A stretch of 27,551 bases of DNA from Bacillota bacterium (GTDB taxonomy: Bacteria > Bacillota > Dethiobacteria > DTU022 > UBA8154). The notes beneath the pieces were generated by a model. The model was not told the DNA's origin. It saw nothing but the letters and a program-made list of their open reading frames with translations, and did no database searches. Positions within the stretch are counted from its first letter, which is position 1. Each line of letters starts with the position of its first letter. Made by a program: the position numbers and the translations under genes. Of the stretch, positions 1-7,775 are shown in pieces. Location of the stretch: positions 1 to 27,551 of the forward strand of contig DLUO01000072.1 in the NCBI GenBank assembly GCA_003444595.1. Reading direction: 5' to 3'.

Positions 1-137
1 ACAGCACTGCGCCATGTATGGATGGTGTTGGGTGAAATTTCATGGCGCCTGGCTACCAAGGCTACATTACCGGTTTCCTGGCATTCCTTAAGGATCTGTT
101 CTTTAAATTCATCAGTATACTGCTTTTTGTTTTGCAT
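1..137 (-). CDS. IS3-family transposase OrfA (HTH), 3'-partial
   Basis: Manual translation MQNKKQYTDEFKEQILKECQETGNVALVARRHEISPNTIHTWRSA, a typical Y-x-x-EFK...VAR...I...W transposase HTH. Confidence 0.85.
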   Translation of the reverse strand, partial: MQNKKQYTDEFKEQILKECQETGNVALVARRHEISPNTIHTWRSA

Positions 138-204
138 CACTCTTTACCCCCTATGGTAATGTTAACATACTACAAGACTTTCTTCCAAATCCTTTAGGGG
201 GCTA
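1..204 (-). mobile_element. Left part of an IS3-family insertion sequence, cut by the window edge
   Basis: OrfA-like HTH reading frame at 1..137, GGGGG RBS upstream of the ATG, candidate left end TAGCCCCCTAAAGG at 204. The exact end is uncertain. Confidence 0.7.
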
Positions 205-370
205 GATCGGAGATTACCAGAAGAAGTAAAACTTCAGCACAGGCAGTAGATTATGAAATTGTAAAAAGGCCATGCAAAAAAGGGGTCAATTTTGCTTGAC
301 AATCTACAAGTGTAAAAAAATGGGGATGAATTTCACCCCGCTTTCTCACCAATAGAACCCCGTCAAGCGT

Positions 371-559
371 TCAGGCGCCCATCAACACGATTTCGAGAAC
401 ATCGTCTTCCGGTTTATCTTTGGTTCCAGCACTCTTGCAACTCACCAGCGTGATTCCCGTGCCGACTGTTATAATTGCTTTGACTTCTTCAATTTCCTCC
501 GGTTCGATACTTTCTATTACTTCTGATTCAACAGATACAGGTTCGAATTCTGATTCAGA
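371..559 (-). pseudogene. Acidic C-terminal gene fragment, unknown family
   Basis: 62 open codons (SESEFEPVSVESEVIESIEPEEIEEVKAII...VLEIVLMGA*) with no start codon or RBS and an in-frame TAG immediately upstream. Confidence 0.35.
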
Positions 560-602
560 CTAAATGAATAGCATACCCTAATATATACACAAGTGCTTAA
601 TT

Positions 603-1417
603 TTACTCTTTTTCGCCAATTTCATTTTCAAAAGCTGAATTAACAGCATCGACCCATGTGTCACCTTCTGACTCATTGGTCACTTTTGTAAAAGGATTTT
701 GACTTTTGTTAATATGCAAACAAAAAATATCTGGACGCGAATAATGACCTACTGGGTCTAGCATTGCTTTTGTCCTTAGAATATTATTTAAATCTATATC
801 AGCATAAATGATACCCTCTTCATTTTCCGGTAGATGTTCGCAAAGATCTGTGCCTTCTGGATCGAAGATACGAGCTATACCTGCACCGCGTCCTAATATT
901 TTTTCTTTACCTCATCATCACCGCAGAAGAAATTAACAGCTGCATCCCCAATAAGCCCGCTTGTAAGCAAAGTATAAGTTCGAGTTTGCATTGCATAAGT
1001 TCTGGTAAGAGTGATTGGGCCTTCACATCCACCGGTAAGATGACCAGGATTATCAAATGCCGTTGCTGGCCAGGCAGCAATATGAATTTGCTCATTCATT
1101 GAGGCCATTGCATAGGTAATCAATGGCTGAGTATGTTCCCAGCACTCTGTTGCTCCGATAATACCATACGGCGTCTTTACAACCTTTAAATCAGCGCCGG
1201 TTCCTTCACCGCAAATAGTTCGCTCAGCATGCGTAGGTTTTAGTTTGCGACGGTTTACTAATAATTTGCCTTCATCACTGATAATTACCTGGCTCATATA
1301 TCTACTGGCACCACAACGCTCAACATATCCCGTGACAATATAAATATTGTTGTCTTTAGCAACTCTCATGATCCGTTTCATTTCAGGCCCGTCTAATTCT
1401 AATGAATTCTGCATCAA
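603..1417 (-). pseudogene. Nitrilase (carbon-nitrogen hydrolase) pseudogene: 5'-truncated, two frameshifts
   Basis: RRKLKPTHAER (catalytic Lys) and ECWEH (catalytic Cys) motifs in 893..1417. Other frames continue ILGRGAGIARIFDPEG...EEGIIYADIDL and then KAMLDPVGHYSRPDIF to TAA at 603-605. The N-terminal catalytic Glu region is absent. Confidence 0.9.
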
Positions 1418-1422
1418 TTTCT

Positions 1423-1500
1423 AGTAAAGGACGCTGGATTGACAATGTGGTCATAGAGCGGTGGTTCCGGAGCCTGAAAGTTGAGCGTATTTATTTAAAA
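1423..1500 (+). mobile_element. Remnant of IS3-family OrfB (DDE integrase core)
   Basis: Translation SKGRWIDNVVIERWFRSLKVERIYLK matches the IS3 G-x-x-x-DN...ER...SLK.E motif. It abuts the truncated 5' end of the nitrilase. Confidence 0.8.
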
Positions 1501-1565
1501 ATACTTCCACACAACATGGTAACAATAGCATTACGAACCTGAAAATTACATGCTTTCTTGCAATA

Positions 1566-1592
1566 ATTAAAAGAAGGCGATTGACGCCTTCT
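1566..1592 (-). terminator. Intrinsic terminator of the SIMPL gene
   Basis: 8-bp stem AGAAGGCG/CGCCTTCT with a 5-nt loop, followed by TTTAATT on the minus strand. Confidence 0.65.
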
Positions 1593-1647
1593 CTCAAACT
1601 GCGTTTTATATTTATATATTGACTTCCAACTTGCATAAAATAGATGC

Positions 1648-2385
1648 TTAGAAAAAGTATTCGGCCTTAACCCTTGCTGTAACTTCCACATCTCCGGGGA
1701 TAATGGGCGTAGGCGCTTGCTCCATCATTTTGGCACTTTCGCTTTGATCTAAGGAGACGCGATAGGGTGAATAGCCGGACATTTCTTCATGAATAACCTT
1801 AATTCCCTTGATAGTAACCCCTGCACTCTGAGCAATTGCTACAGCTTTAGCTTTAGCCTGGGCTGTAGCATTTTGTAATGCTTGCAATTTCAGAGCTTCC
1901 TCATCCTTTAATTCAAAACGAATGGATAATATTCTGTTGGCGCCGGCTTTTAATGCGATATCAACTACATTCCCTACTGTATCCAGGTCATGAACAGTAA
2001 CTGTCAGTTCATTATAAGCCCTGTAAATTGTCATATACTTTTCTCTGTTTTGAGGATCTACCTGTTGTTCATAGCTGCTTAACCTGTAACCGCTTGTTTT
2101 GACCTGTTTTTTATCAAAGCCGGCTTGAACCAGGGCATCAATTACTGCATCTGTCAAACGCGCATTTTCTTCTGCAGCCGTTTTTGCCGATTCATGCCTG
2201 GTTTCCACCGCCATCACCACCCGGGCTATATCCGGTGCTGCTGTTATCACCGCTTCTCCGTAAACGCTAATGATACCGTAATCTTCGACAGTATTCGCTT
2301 TAACACCCGGATGAACAATTAAACCGCAAAAAAGCACCGCCAATAACAACACTGTTCCCGCCTTAATCATTACCTTTTTTCTCAA
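1648..2385 (-). CDS. SIMPL/DUF541 domain exported protein
   Basis: Signal peptide, ISVYGEAVITAAPD, GANRILSIRFEL, A..KA.AIA...GV, PI.PG.V.V.A.V motifs. TTG start at 2385 chosen from the AGGAGG RBS (ORF track start 2406). Confidence 0.9.
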   Translation of the reverse strand: MRKKVMIKAGTVLLLAVLFCGLIVHPGVKANTVEDYGIISVYGEAVITAAPDIARVVMAVETRHESAKTAAEENARLTDAVIDALVQAGFDKKQVKTSGYRLSSYEQQVDPQNREKYMTIYRAYNELTVTVHDLDTVGNVVDIALKAGANRILSIRFELKDEEALKLQALQNATAQAKAKAVAIAQSAGVTIKGIKVIHEEMSGYSPYRVSLDQSESAKMMEQAPTPIIPGDVEVTARVKAEYFF

Positions 2386-2407
2386 AATAATACCCCCTCC
2401 TAACAAG

Positions 2408-2695
2408 GTGTTCTTATTTTATGACGAATGTAACAGGAAATGGTTCCCTATTACCGAGATGTGCCGTATTTATGCAAAAGATATTTGTAATGGTTTATCT
2501 AAGCCTTATTCCTTAGAACAGCGAAATTATATTGCCGGATTATTGGAAAGTTATATTCGTGATTATATAAAGAAAGTGGGAGGATATGATAAATTGAAAC
2601 TTTATACAAGGGAGGAGGTAGAGGCTATCGAAGATGAGACGACGCAGGAATTGTTGAACGCTATCGAGTGGTATAGGAATCTCAAGGGATATTAG
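2408..2695 (+). CDS. Hypothetical protein or gene fragment
   Basis: 95-aa ORF with protein-like composition, no recognisable family, weak RBS. Confidence 0.35.
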   Translation: MFLFYDECNRKWFPITEMCRIYAKDICNGLSKPYSLEQRNYIAGLLESYIRDYIKKVGGYDKLKLYTREEVEAIEDETTQELLNAIEWYRNLKGY

Positions 2696-2834
2696 GTTAA
2701 AGCCAATGTAGACGCAAAATTGTCAATGGCCATTAACAAAATTATTCAAACTAAACCGGGCTCCCCAATTAATTGTTTTAACTCTGAATTAATAGTAATG
2801 CTTATTTTGCACAGTAATACAGCTTGGTATTTGA

Positions 2835-3299
2835 CTATTTGGCTGTTACCAATTTTACGATAAAGAAAATCAGCGAGCCAAACATAAGACTTAAAAATAT
2901 TGGCAAAAACCAAACTGACAAAGGCTTTGCCATGGCAGAATTAACAGTTAAATATGCAAACACTACAACCGTAAGCAATTTAACTGTACTTAACATACTC
3001 TTTAATATTCGATATACTTTTTCCTTATTTTTTTCTGTTACCTTTACCCCTGTATTCCAAATTTGAGGAAATTTTTCTATTACGGACAGTCCAATATACA
3101 TAATCCAGGACGTAATAAATAGTGGGATTAAAGATTCCTTACTTGTCATTTTGTCAATTTCTCCCAATACGTTATAGTGCCCTGGTACTTTCTGAGGAAT
3201 ATGTTGCCATGATATTAATAAATAAATCAGTACACCAATTAGACACAATAAACAACATGCTTCTACGAAAAAGTCATACTTATTTGTTTTTATTTTCAT
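2835..3299 (-). CDS. DUF1648-domain membrane protein
   Basis: W..IP..VP.HY...GEID...SK motif with about 4 hydrophobic segments. Confidence 0.8.
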   Translation of the reverse strand: MKIKTNKYDFFVEACCLLCLIGVLIYLLISWQHIPQKVPGHYNVLGEIDKMTSKESLIPLFITSWIMYIGLSVIEKFPQIWNTGVKVTEKNKEKVYRILKSMLSTVKLLTVVVFAYLTVNSAMAKPLSVWFLPIFLSLMFGSLIFFIVKLVTAK

Positions 3300-3489
3300 A
3301 CTGCATGTCTTCTTTCGAATTATAATGATATTCGCGTTATCGTGTTATGCTGTGTATTCCACTAGAATCGATCAATCATTCGCCGGTTCCAGCAGATCAC
3401 TTTCAAAAGGCAACCTTCCAAGCCACTTTCTTCCCTGCTAATAATTATAAATAGGACAGGCATTGTGGTTCATCTATAGTAGCTGATCC

Positions 3490-3702
3490 CTAACGACTGT
3501 ATGTCTTGATAAACCTGTTAAGAGAGCGATCGTAAGTTTTTTCTACTTCCGGCGGGAAAAAACAAGCGGGCAGCTCATGGTGCTTCCAGTGATAGGCTAT
3601 GCACTCACAACACTTACCCTTCCGCGAACAAGGTTCGTAAGTACATGCGCAGCTCTTTCGGTTTTCTTCAATGGAGCATTTCATGTTTGAGCATCCAGCC
3701 AT
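3490..3702 (-). CDS. Small Cys-rich protein (DUF6485-like)
   Basis: [17 protein letters not shown]....ELPAC.F....EKTYDRS pattern, AGGTGAGG RBS. Confidence 0.8.
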   Translation of the reverse strand: MAGCSNMKCSIEENRKSCACTYEPCSRKGKCCECIAYHWKHHELPACFFPPEVEKTYDRSLNRFIKTYSR

Positions 3703-3819
3703 ATTTACACCTCACCTTAAACATATTTTAATTGCCAGGGCTTCTTTCCTATTAATTCCAGCCTTCTTCTTAAGCTGAGAGATGTTCTTACCGTCAAAAA
3801 AACATACTAAAAAGGCCAA

Positions 3820-4986
3820 TCATAGCTTAAAATTATCTTTCTTCAACAGAAGCAGCCGCCTGCCTTTAAAAATGACATCCCTGCCGTATCTTTGCCTTAG
3901 CATGTCCAGAACCGGGGTAATTATTTCTTTTTTTCGGTTCTCTTCTGGAAAAAAAGAAAGCTGACTGCCCCTTTCCAGCCCTGAAACCCTGATACCAACC
4001 AGGCGCCAGGGAGGATTTCCGCAGCAGCGGGTAAATAGCTCGGAGACGGCCCTATAGATTTTTTCATCGCTGGCCGTGGCCCCGGGCAGGGTGAGGGATC
4101 TTGTTTTTATACTAAAATCGGGAAGCTTAAGTTTCAGACCAACGGTTCTGGCTTTAAGCCCTTTTGAGCGCAGGCGGTAGCCGGTCTCCGAAGCAAGGTC
4201 GAAGAGGACGTCCAGAATGTAATCCTTTTCGTAGATATCCTGTGGAAAGGTAATCTCCTCCGATATTGATTTGCGCACGGCATTAAGCTCCAGCTTTCTG
4301 CTGTCCCGGCCAAGGGCATACTCTTTGAGCTCGGCGGCTACGGCAGAGCTGCCGGCAATGCTTTCCAGCGCCTCCAGGGGGAGCGAAGCCAGATCTCCGA
4401 CAGTTTTTATGCCGAAATTATTCAGCTTCTGCTCTGTTACGGGCCCCACCCCCGGCAGAAAGCTTACGGGAAGCGGCCATAAAATCTTCTCTACATCTTC
4501 AGGATAAATAGCCCTGATGCCGTCCGGTTTGGCCAGGGAGCAGGCGATTTTGGCCAGAAGCTTGTTTAGTGAAACTCCAATGCTCAGTGGCAGGTGAAGC
4601 TCTTCCCGGACGGCGGAACGGATCTTGCGTGCTTTATCCAGGCCTGTGCCTGCTTTCACGGCAAGGTACGCTTCGTCAATAGAGACCTGCTCGATGTCGG
4701 GGGTAAACATATAGAATATATCCATCACCTGATCCGATACTTCTTTGTATCTGGGCATGTTCACCGGAAGGGTTACCGCTTCAGGACAGAGCCTCAGGGC
4801 CTCCTTCATGGAGATGGCAGATCTAATGCCAAAGCGCCTTGCTTCGTAAGAACAGGTGGAGACGACCCCGCGGGAGTCGGGATCACCGCCCACGATGACG
4901 GGTTTGCCTTTAAGCTCAGGGTTGTCCCGCTGCTCCACAGAAGCAAAGAAGGCATCCAGGTCGCAGAGAAGAATATCTTGCTTCAT
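3820..4986 (-). CDS. dinB: DNA polymerase IV (Y-family)
   Basis: DLDAFFASVEQ, GVVSTCSYEAR.FGIRSA, SIDEAYL, NKLLAKIA, LPGVG HhH and little-finger motifs. ATG at 4986 with GGGAGG RBS (ORF track start 5025). Confidence 0.95.
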   Translation of the reverse strand: MKQDILLCDLDAFFASVEQRDNPELKGKPVIVGGDPDSRGVVSTCSYEARRFGIRSAISMKEALRLCPEAVTLPVNMPRYKEVSDQVMDIFYMFTPDIEQVSIDEAYLAVKAGTGLDKARKIRSAVREELHLPLSIGVSLNKLLAKIACSLAKPDGIRAIYPEDVEKILWPLPVSFLPGVGPVTEQKLNNFGIKTVGDLASLPLEALESIAGSSAVAAELKEYALGRDSRKLELNAVRKSISEEITFPQDIYEKDYILDVLFDLASETGYRLRSKGLKARTVGLKLKLPDFSIKTRSLTLPGATASDEKIYRAVSELFTRCCGNPPWRLVGIRVSGLERGSQLSFFPEENRKKEIITPVLDMLRQRYGRDVIFKGRRLLLLKKDNFKL

Positions 4987-5089
4987 AAACAGCCGTCCCT
5001 CCCCTAAAGCTGCCACTCTTTTCAATTAGCCCAAAACATTAACTAATTGCATCGGAAAGTAATTGCTCTCCCGTCATAGAGTTTCTACC

Positions 5090-5103
5090 GAAAAACATGT
5101 TCT
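5090..5103 (-). promoter_or_regulatory. Candidate degenerate LexA (SOS) box upstream of dinB
   Basis: Minus strand AGAACATGTTTTTC is GAAC-N4-TTTT, one mismatch from GAAC-N4-GTTY, just downstream of a TATAAA -10-like hexamer. Confidence 0.35.
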
Positions 5104-5381
5104 TTTATAATTTCTACAAAAGGCGGATTTTTCCTTCGAAAATTGCCTTTTGAGGCGTATGGTTAATTATGACAATGCTACGCTGAGAGGCAGTCCTAAT
5201 TTTTCCTTGACTGCAGAGCGTATTGAAAAATATGTAAAGGAGTAGCAGAAGAAAAATCCGGTTTCCCCAAATCGTTATTACAGATATTCCGTCAGCATGA
5301 ATCGATTCCACCTCTACAGGTGAAGCTTGCTGTAGACGACGGTGAGGGAAATATATGGAGTACATTTTGCGAAAAACTACC

Positions 5382-5411
5382 TTGACATAAAAATATTAAA
5401 TGGTGTAAAAT
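5382..5411 (+). promoter_or_regulatory. Sigma-A promoter of the T-box leader
   Basis: TTGACA (5382-5387), 18-nt spacer, TAAAAT (5406-5411). Confidence 0.8.
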
Positions 5412-5432
5412 AAGTTTCAACCACAGTTTGGA

Positions 5433-5737
5433 TAAAACCGATGAAGGGGAGAAGTAAGCAATTTTGAAGATGGCAGAGAGCCGGGGGTAAGGTGCGACCC
5501 GGTATCGACGGTTGCTGAAATACACCCCGGAGCAGCAAACCGAAAGCAGCCGCTTTCCAGCAGTTGGTGAGCGGTTTAGTAAGTAGGCTTTGACGGAAAC
5601 TCCCACCGTTAAAAGGGAGGGGGTATAAAGCTGGGACAAAAACCGGCCCGTACCCTGTAAAGAGGGGGGCTTTGTGCCCAACCAGGGTGGTACCGCGTGA
5701 AGATAAGCTTCCGTCCCTATGGGATGGAAGCTTTTTT
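5433..5737 (+). ncRNA. T-box riboswitch, Tyr specifier (UAC), transcriptional type
   Basis: Stem I GGGG-AGAAGTA-AGCAATT ... GGTTGCT-GAAATACA-CCCC with AGAGAG and GGTGCGA distal motifs and UAC at 5521-5523. CCGTTA stem IIA/B motif at 5606-5611. T-box AACCAGGGTGGTACCGCG at 5680-5697, then a terminator. Confidence 0.93.
5705..5737 (+). terminator. T-box attenuator terminator
   Basis: 13-bp stem AAGCTTCCGTCCC/GGGATGGAAGCTT followed by a T-run. Confidence 0.9.
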
Positions 5738-5834
5738 AGTTAGTTTGTTTATGCGAGCTGAGGGGAGGAAGGCAGTAGTTTTTATTAAGGGATTTGCATT
5801 TTTTCCACTAAAAAACGGCAGGAGTGATTAAAGC

Positions 5835-7283
5835 ATGGCTCATGTAAAATTTTATTATGGAGATAGTGTTCCCTTAGAGATGCATAAGGCCCGTATTGTT
5901 CAGAAATTAAAGCTTCTACCCATCGAACAGCGTTGGGAAGCGATGACCCGGGCCGGCAATAACACTTTTTTACTCAAAAATCGTGATGTTTTTTTGGATA
6001 TGCTTACAGACAGCGGTGTAAACGCCATGAGTGATAAGCAGCAGGCTGCGATGATGGAGGCAGATGACAGCTATGCCGGGTCTGAAACTTTTAGCAAGCT
6101 GGAGAATAAAATTCGGGAGATTTTCGGCAAAGAGTATTTTCTACCCGCACATCAGGGCCGAGCATGTGAGCATATTCTTTCCAAGGCCTTTGTCGAACCG
6201 GGCTCCGTAGTACCGATGAATTATCATTTTACGACCACCAAAGCGCACATTGTTTTAAATGGGGGGATTGTGGAAGAACTTTATCTGGATGAGGGCGTGA
6301 AAGTCCAAAGCAGCCACCCCTTTAAGGGCAATATGGATATTGACAAATTTCAGGCAGCCATTGAGAAGTACGGGGCGGCAAAAATTGCTTTTGTCCGTAT
6401 GGAGGCCGGGGCTAACCTGATTGGCGGGCAACCCTTCTCTCTGGAGAATATGCAGGAAGTGCGCCGCATATGTGAAAAATATGGCCTGCTGCTGGTTTTA
6501 GATGCCAGCCTTTTGGCCGATAACCTCTATTTTATCAAAAAACGGGAAGAAAAATGTAAAAAGATGAGCGTCAGGGAGATAACCCGTGCCTTGGCCGATC
6601 TTTCCGACATTATTTATTTTTCCGCGCGCAAGCTTGGTTGTGCTCGCGGCGGCGGGATTTGTACGAACAATAAAGAAATATACCAGAAAATACGAGAACT
6701 TGTACCGCTTTACGAAGGATTTTTGACTTACGGGGGCATGTCTGTCCGTGAAATGGAGGCCATTGCTGTCGGTTTGGAGGAAACGATGGATGAAGACATG
6801 ATCAACCAGGGGCCACAATTTATCGCTTATATGACCACAGAGCTGCAAAAAGCAGGCGTACCGGTCGTAACACCGCCGGGCGGCTTGGGTTGTCATCTTG
6901 ATGCTATGGAATTTTTGGCGCACGTTCCCCAGGTGCAGTATCCTTCAGGTGCCCTGGCTGCTGCTCTCTACATTGTTAGCGGCGTAAGGGGAATGGAAAG
7001 GGGCACTTTATCCGAACAAAGGGATGCAGAAGGCCGGGAAACATTGTCCAATATGGAACTTTTGCGCTTAGCCGTACCGCGGCGCGTTTTTACCCTTTCC
7101 CAAATTAAATACGCCATTGATCGCATTGTCTGGCTTTATGAAAACCGTCATTTGATTGGCGGGCTGACTTTCGTAGAGGAGCCCCGGGTTTTACGTTTCT
7201 TTTTTGGTAGATTGACTACCGTTTCAGATTGGCAGGCCAAATTGGTGGCGAGGTTCAGAGAATGCTTCGGAGATAGTTTGTAG
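5835..7283 (+). CDS. tpl: PLP-dependent beta-eliminating lyase, tyrosine phenol-lyase/tryptophanase family; TPL-type specificity residues
   Basis: DMLTDSG, DSYAGS, HQGRA, GGQP, SARK (PLP Lys), MERG, LRLAVPRRV motifs. HFTTT and LRFFF match TPL Thr124/Phe448 rather than tryptophanase Asp/His. Family assignment is firm; the tpl symbol is inferred. Confidence 0.85.
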   Translation: MAHVKFYYGDSVPLEMHKARIVQKLKLLPIEQRWEAMTRAGNNTFLLKNRDVFLDMLTDSGVNAMSDKQQAAMMEADDSYAGSETFSKLENKIREIFGKEYFLPAHQGRACEHILSKAFVEPGSVVPMNYHFTTTKAHIVLNGGIVEELYLDEGVKVQSSHPFKGNMDIDKFQAAIEKYGAAKIAFVRMEAGANLIGGQPFSLENMQEVRRICEKYGLLLVLDASLLADNLYFIKKREEKCKKMSVREITRALADLSDIIYFSARKLGCARGGGICTNNKEIYQKIRELVPLYEGFLTYGGMSVREMEAIAVGLEETMDEDMINQGPQFIAYMTTELQKAGVPVVTPPGGLGCHLDAMEFLAHVPQVQYPSGALAAALYIVSGVRGMERGTLSEQRDAEGRETLSNMELLRLAVPRRVFTLSQIKYAIDRIVWLYENRHLIGGLTFVEEPRVLRFFFGRLTTVSDWQAKLVARFRECFGDSL

Positions 7284-7710
7284 AAAAATAATGAATCTAA
7301 GTAGGTTTGGCTATACTAAAATTCAGAGGCGAACAATCAGATTTCCTCGTAAAACACTATTTTACAAAAAAAACAATCTGATTGGTATTATGGATTTATA
7401 CTTCGTAGCTTTATAGCAGGGTTAGGTGCAGGTATCGCTTATACAATCATTAATGGGGTGTTCTTTGTCGCAGGGGTTCTACTTCCATATGGAACAGGGA
7501 ACCGTAAACCAACTTGTAAACCGCTGTAAATAAAAAAAGAAGAAGAAAGAATTGGTACCCAGAACGATAGAAGGCATTTTTATTTAAACCCTGGCGGCAG
7601 ACCAGCAAACCTGCAAAGGAAAGCAGGAGCAATATTGCATTCTGCTGAGGAAATTATGAAAATATCTTACGAATACTGGGGCATCGGCCAATCGCAAAAT
7701 CCGAAAGCCT

Positions 7711-7745
7711 GAAGGCTGCTCCCGGAACTTTTGGGAGCAGCCTTC
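7711..7745. terminator. Strong hairpin between converging tpl and MCP transcription
   Basis: 13-bp perfect inverted repeat GAAGGCTGCTCCC/GGGAGCAGCCTTC, 30 nt past the MCP stop. The U-tract is poor. Confidence 0.55.
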
Positions 7746-7775
7746 TCATGTCCGGCTAAGAGACGTAAATCATTA

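Noticed and set aside
2731-2760. TGTCAATGGCCATTAACAAAATT as an IS21-like terminus
   Set aside because: There is no partner end, transposase remnant or target duplication.
5292-5681. 129-aa minus-strand ORF
   Set aside because: It is antisense to the promoter and T-box leader, has no RBS and no family motif.
5751-5831. 26-codon ORF between the T-box terminator and the lyase as a TnaC-like leader peptide
   Set aside because: No Trp or Tyr codons, no RBS before its ATG, and no WFNID-type arrest motif.
6498-6923. Long shadow ORFs (also 4594..5007, 8014..8883, 22194..22685, 25250..25636, 26147..26899)
   Set aside because: They lie antisense to well-supported genes and have no recognisable motifs.
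7334-7384. Inverted repeat CAATCAGATT/AATCTGATTG after the lyase
   Set aside because: The 31-nt A-rich loop is too long for an intrinsic terminator, and I have no other support for a function.
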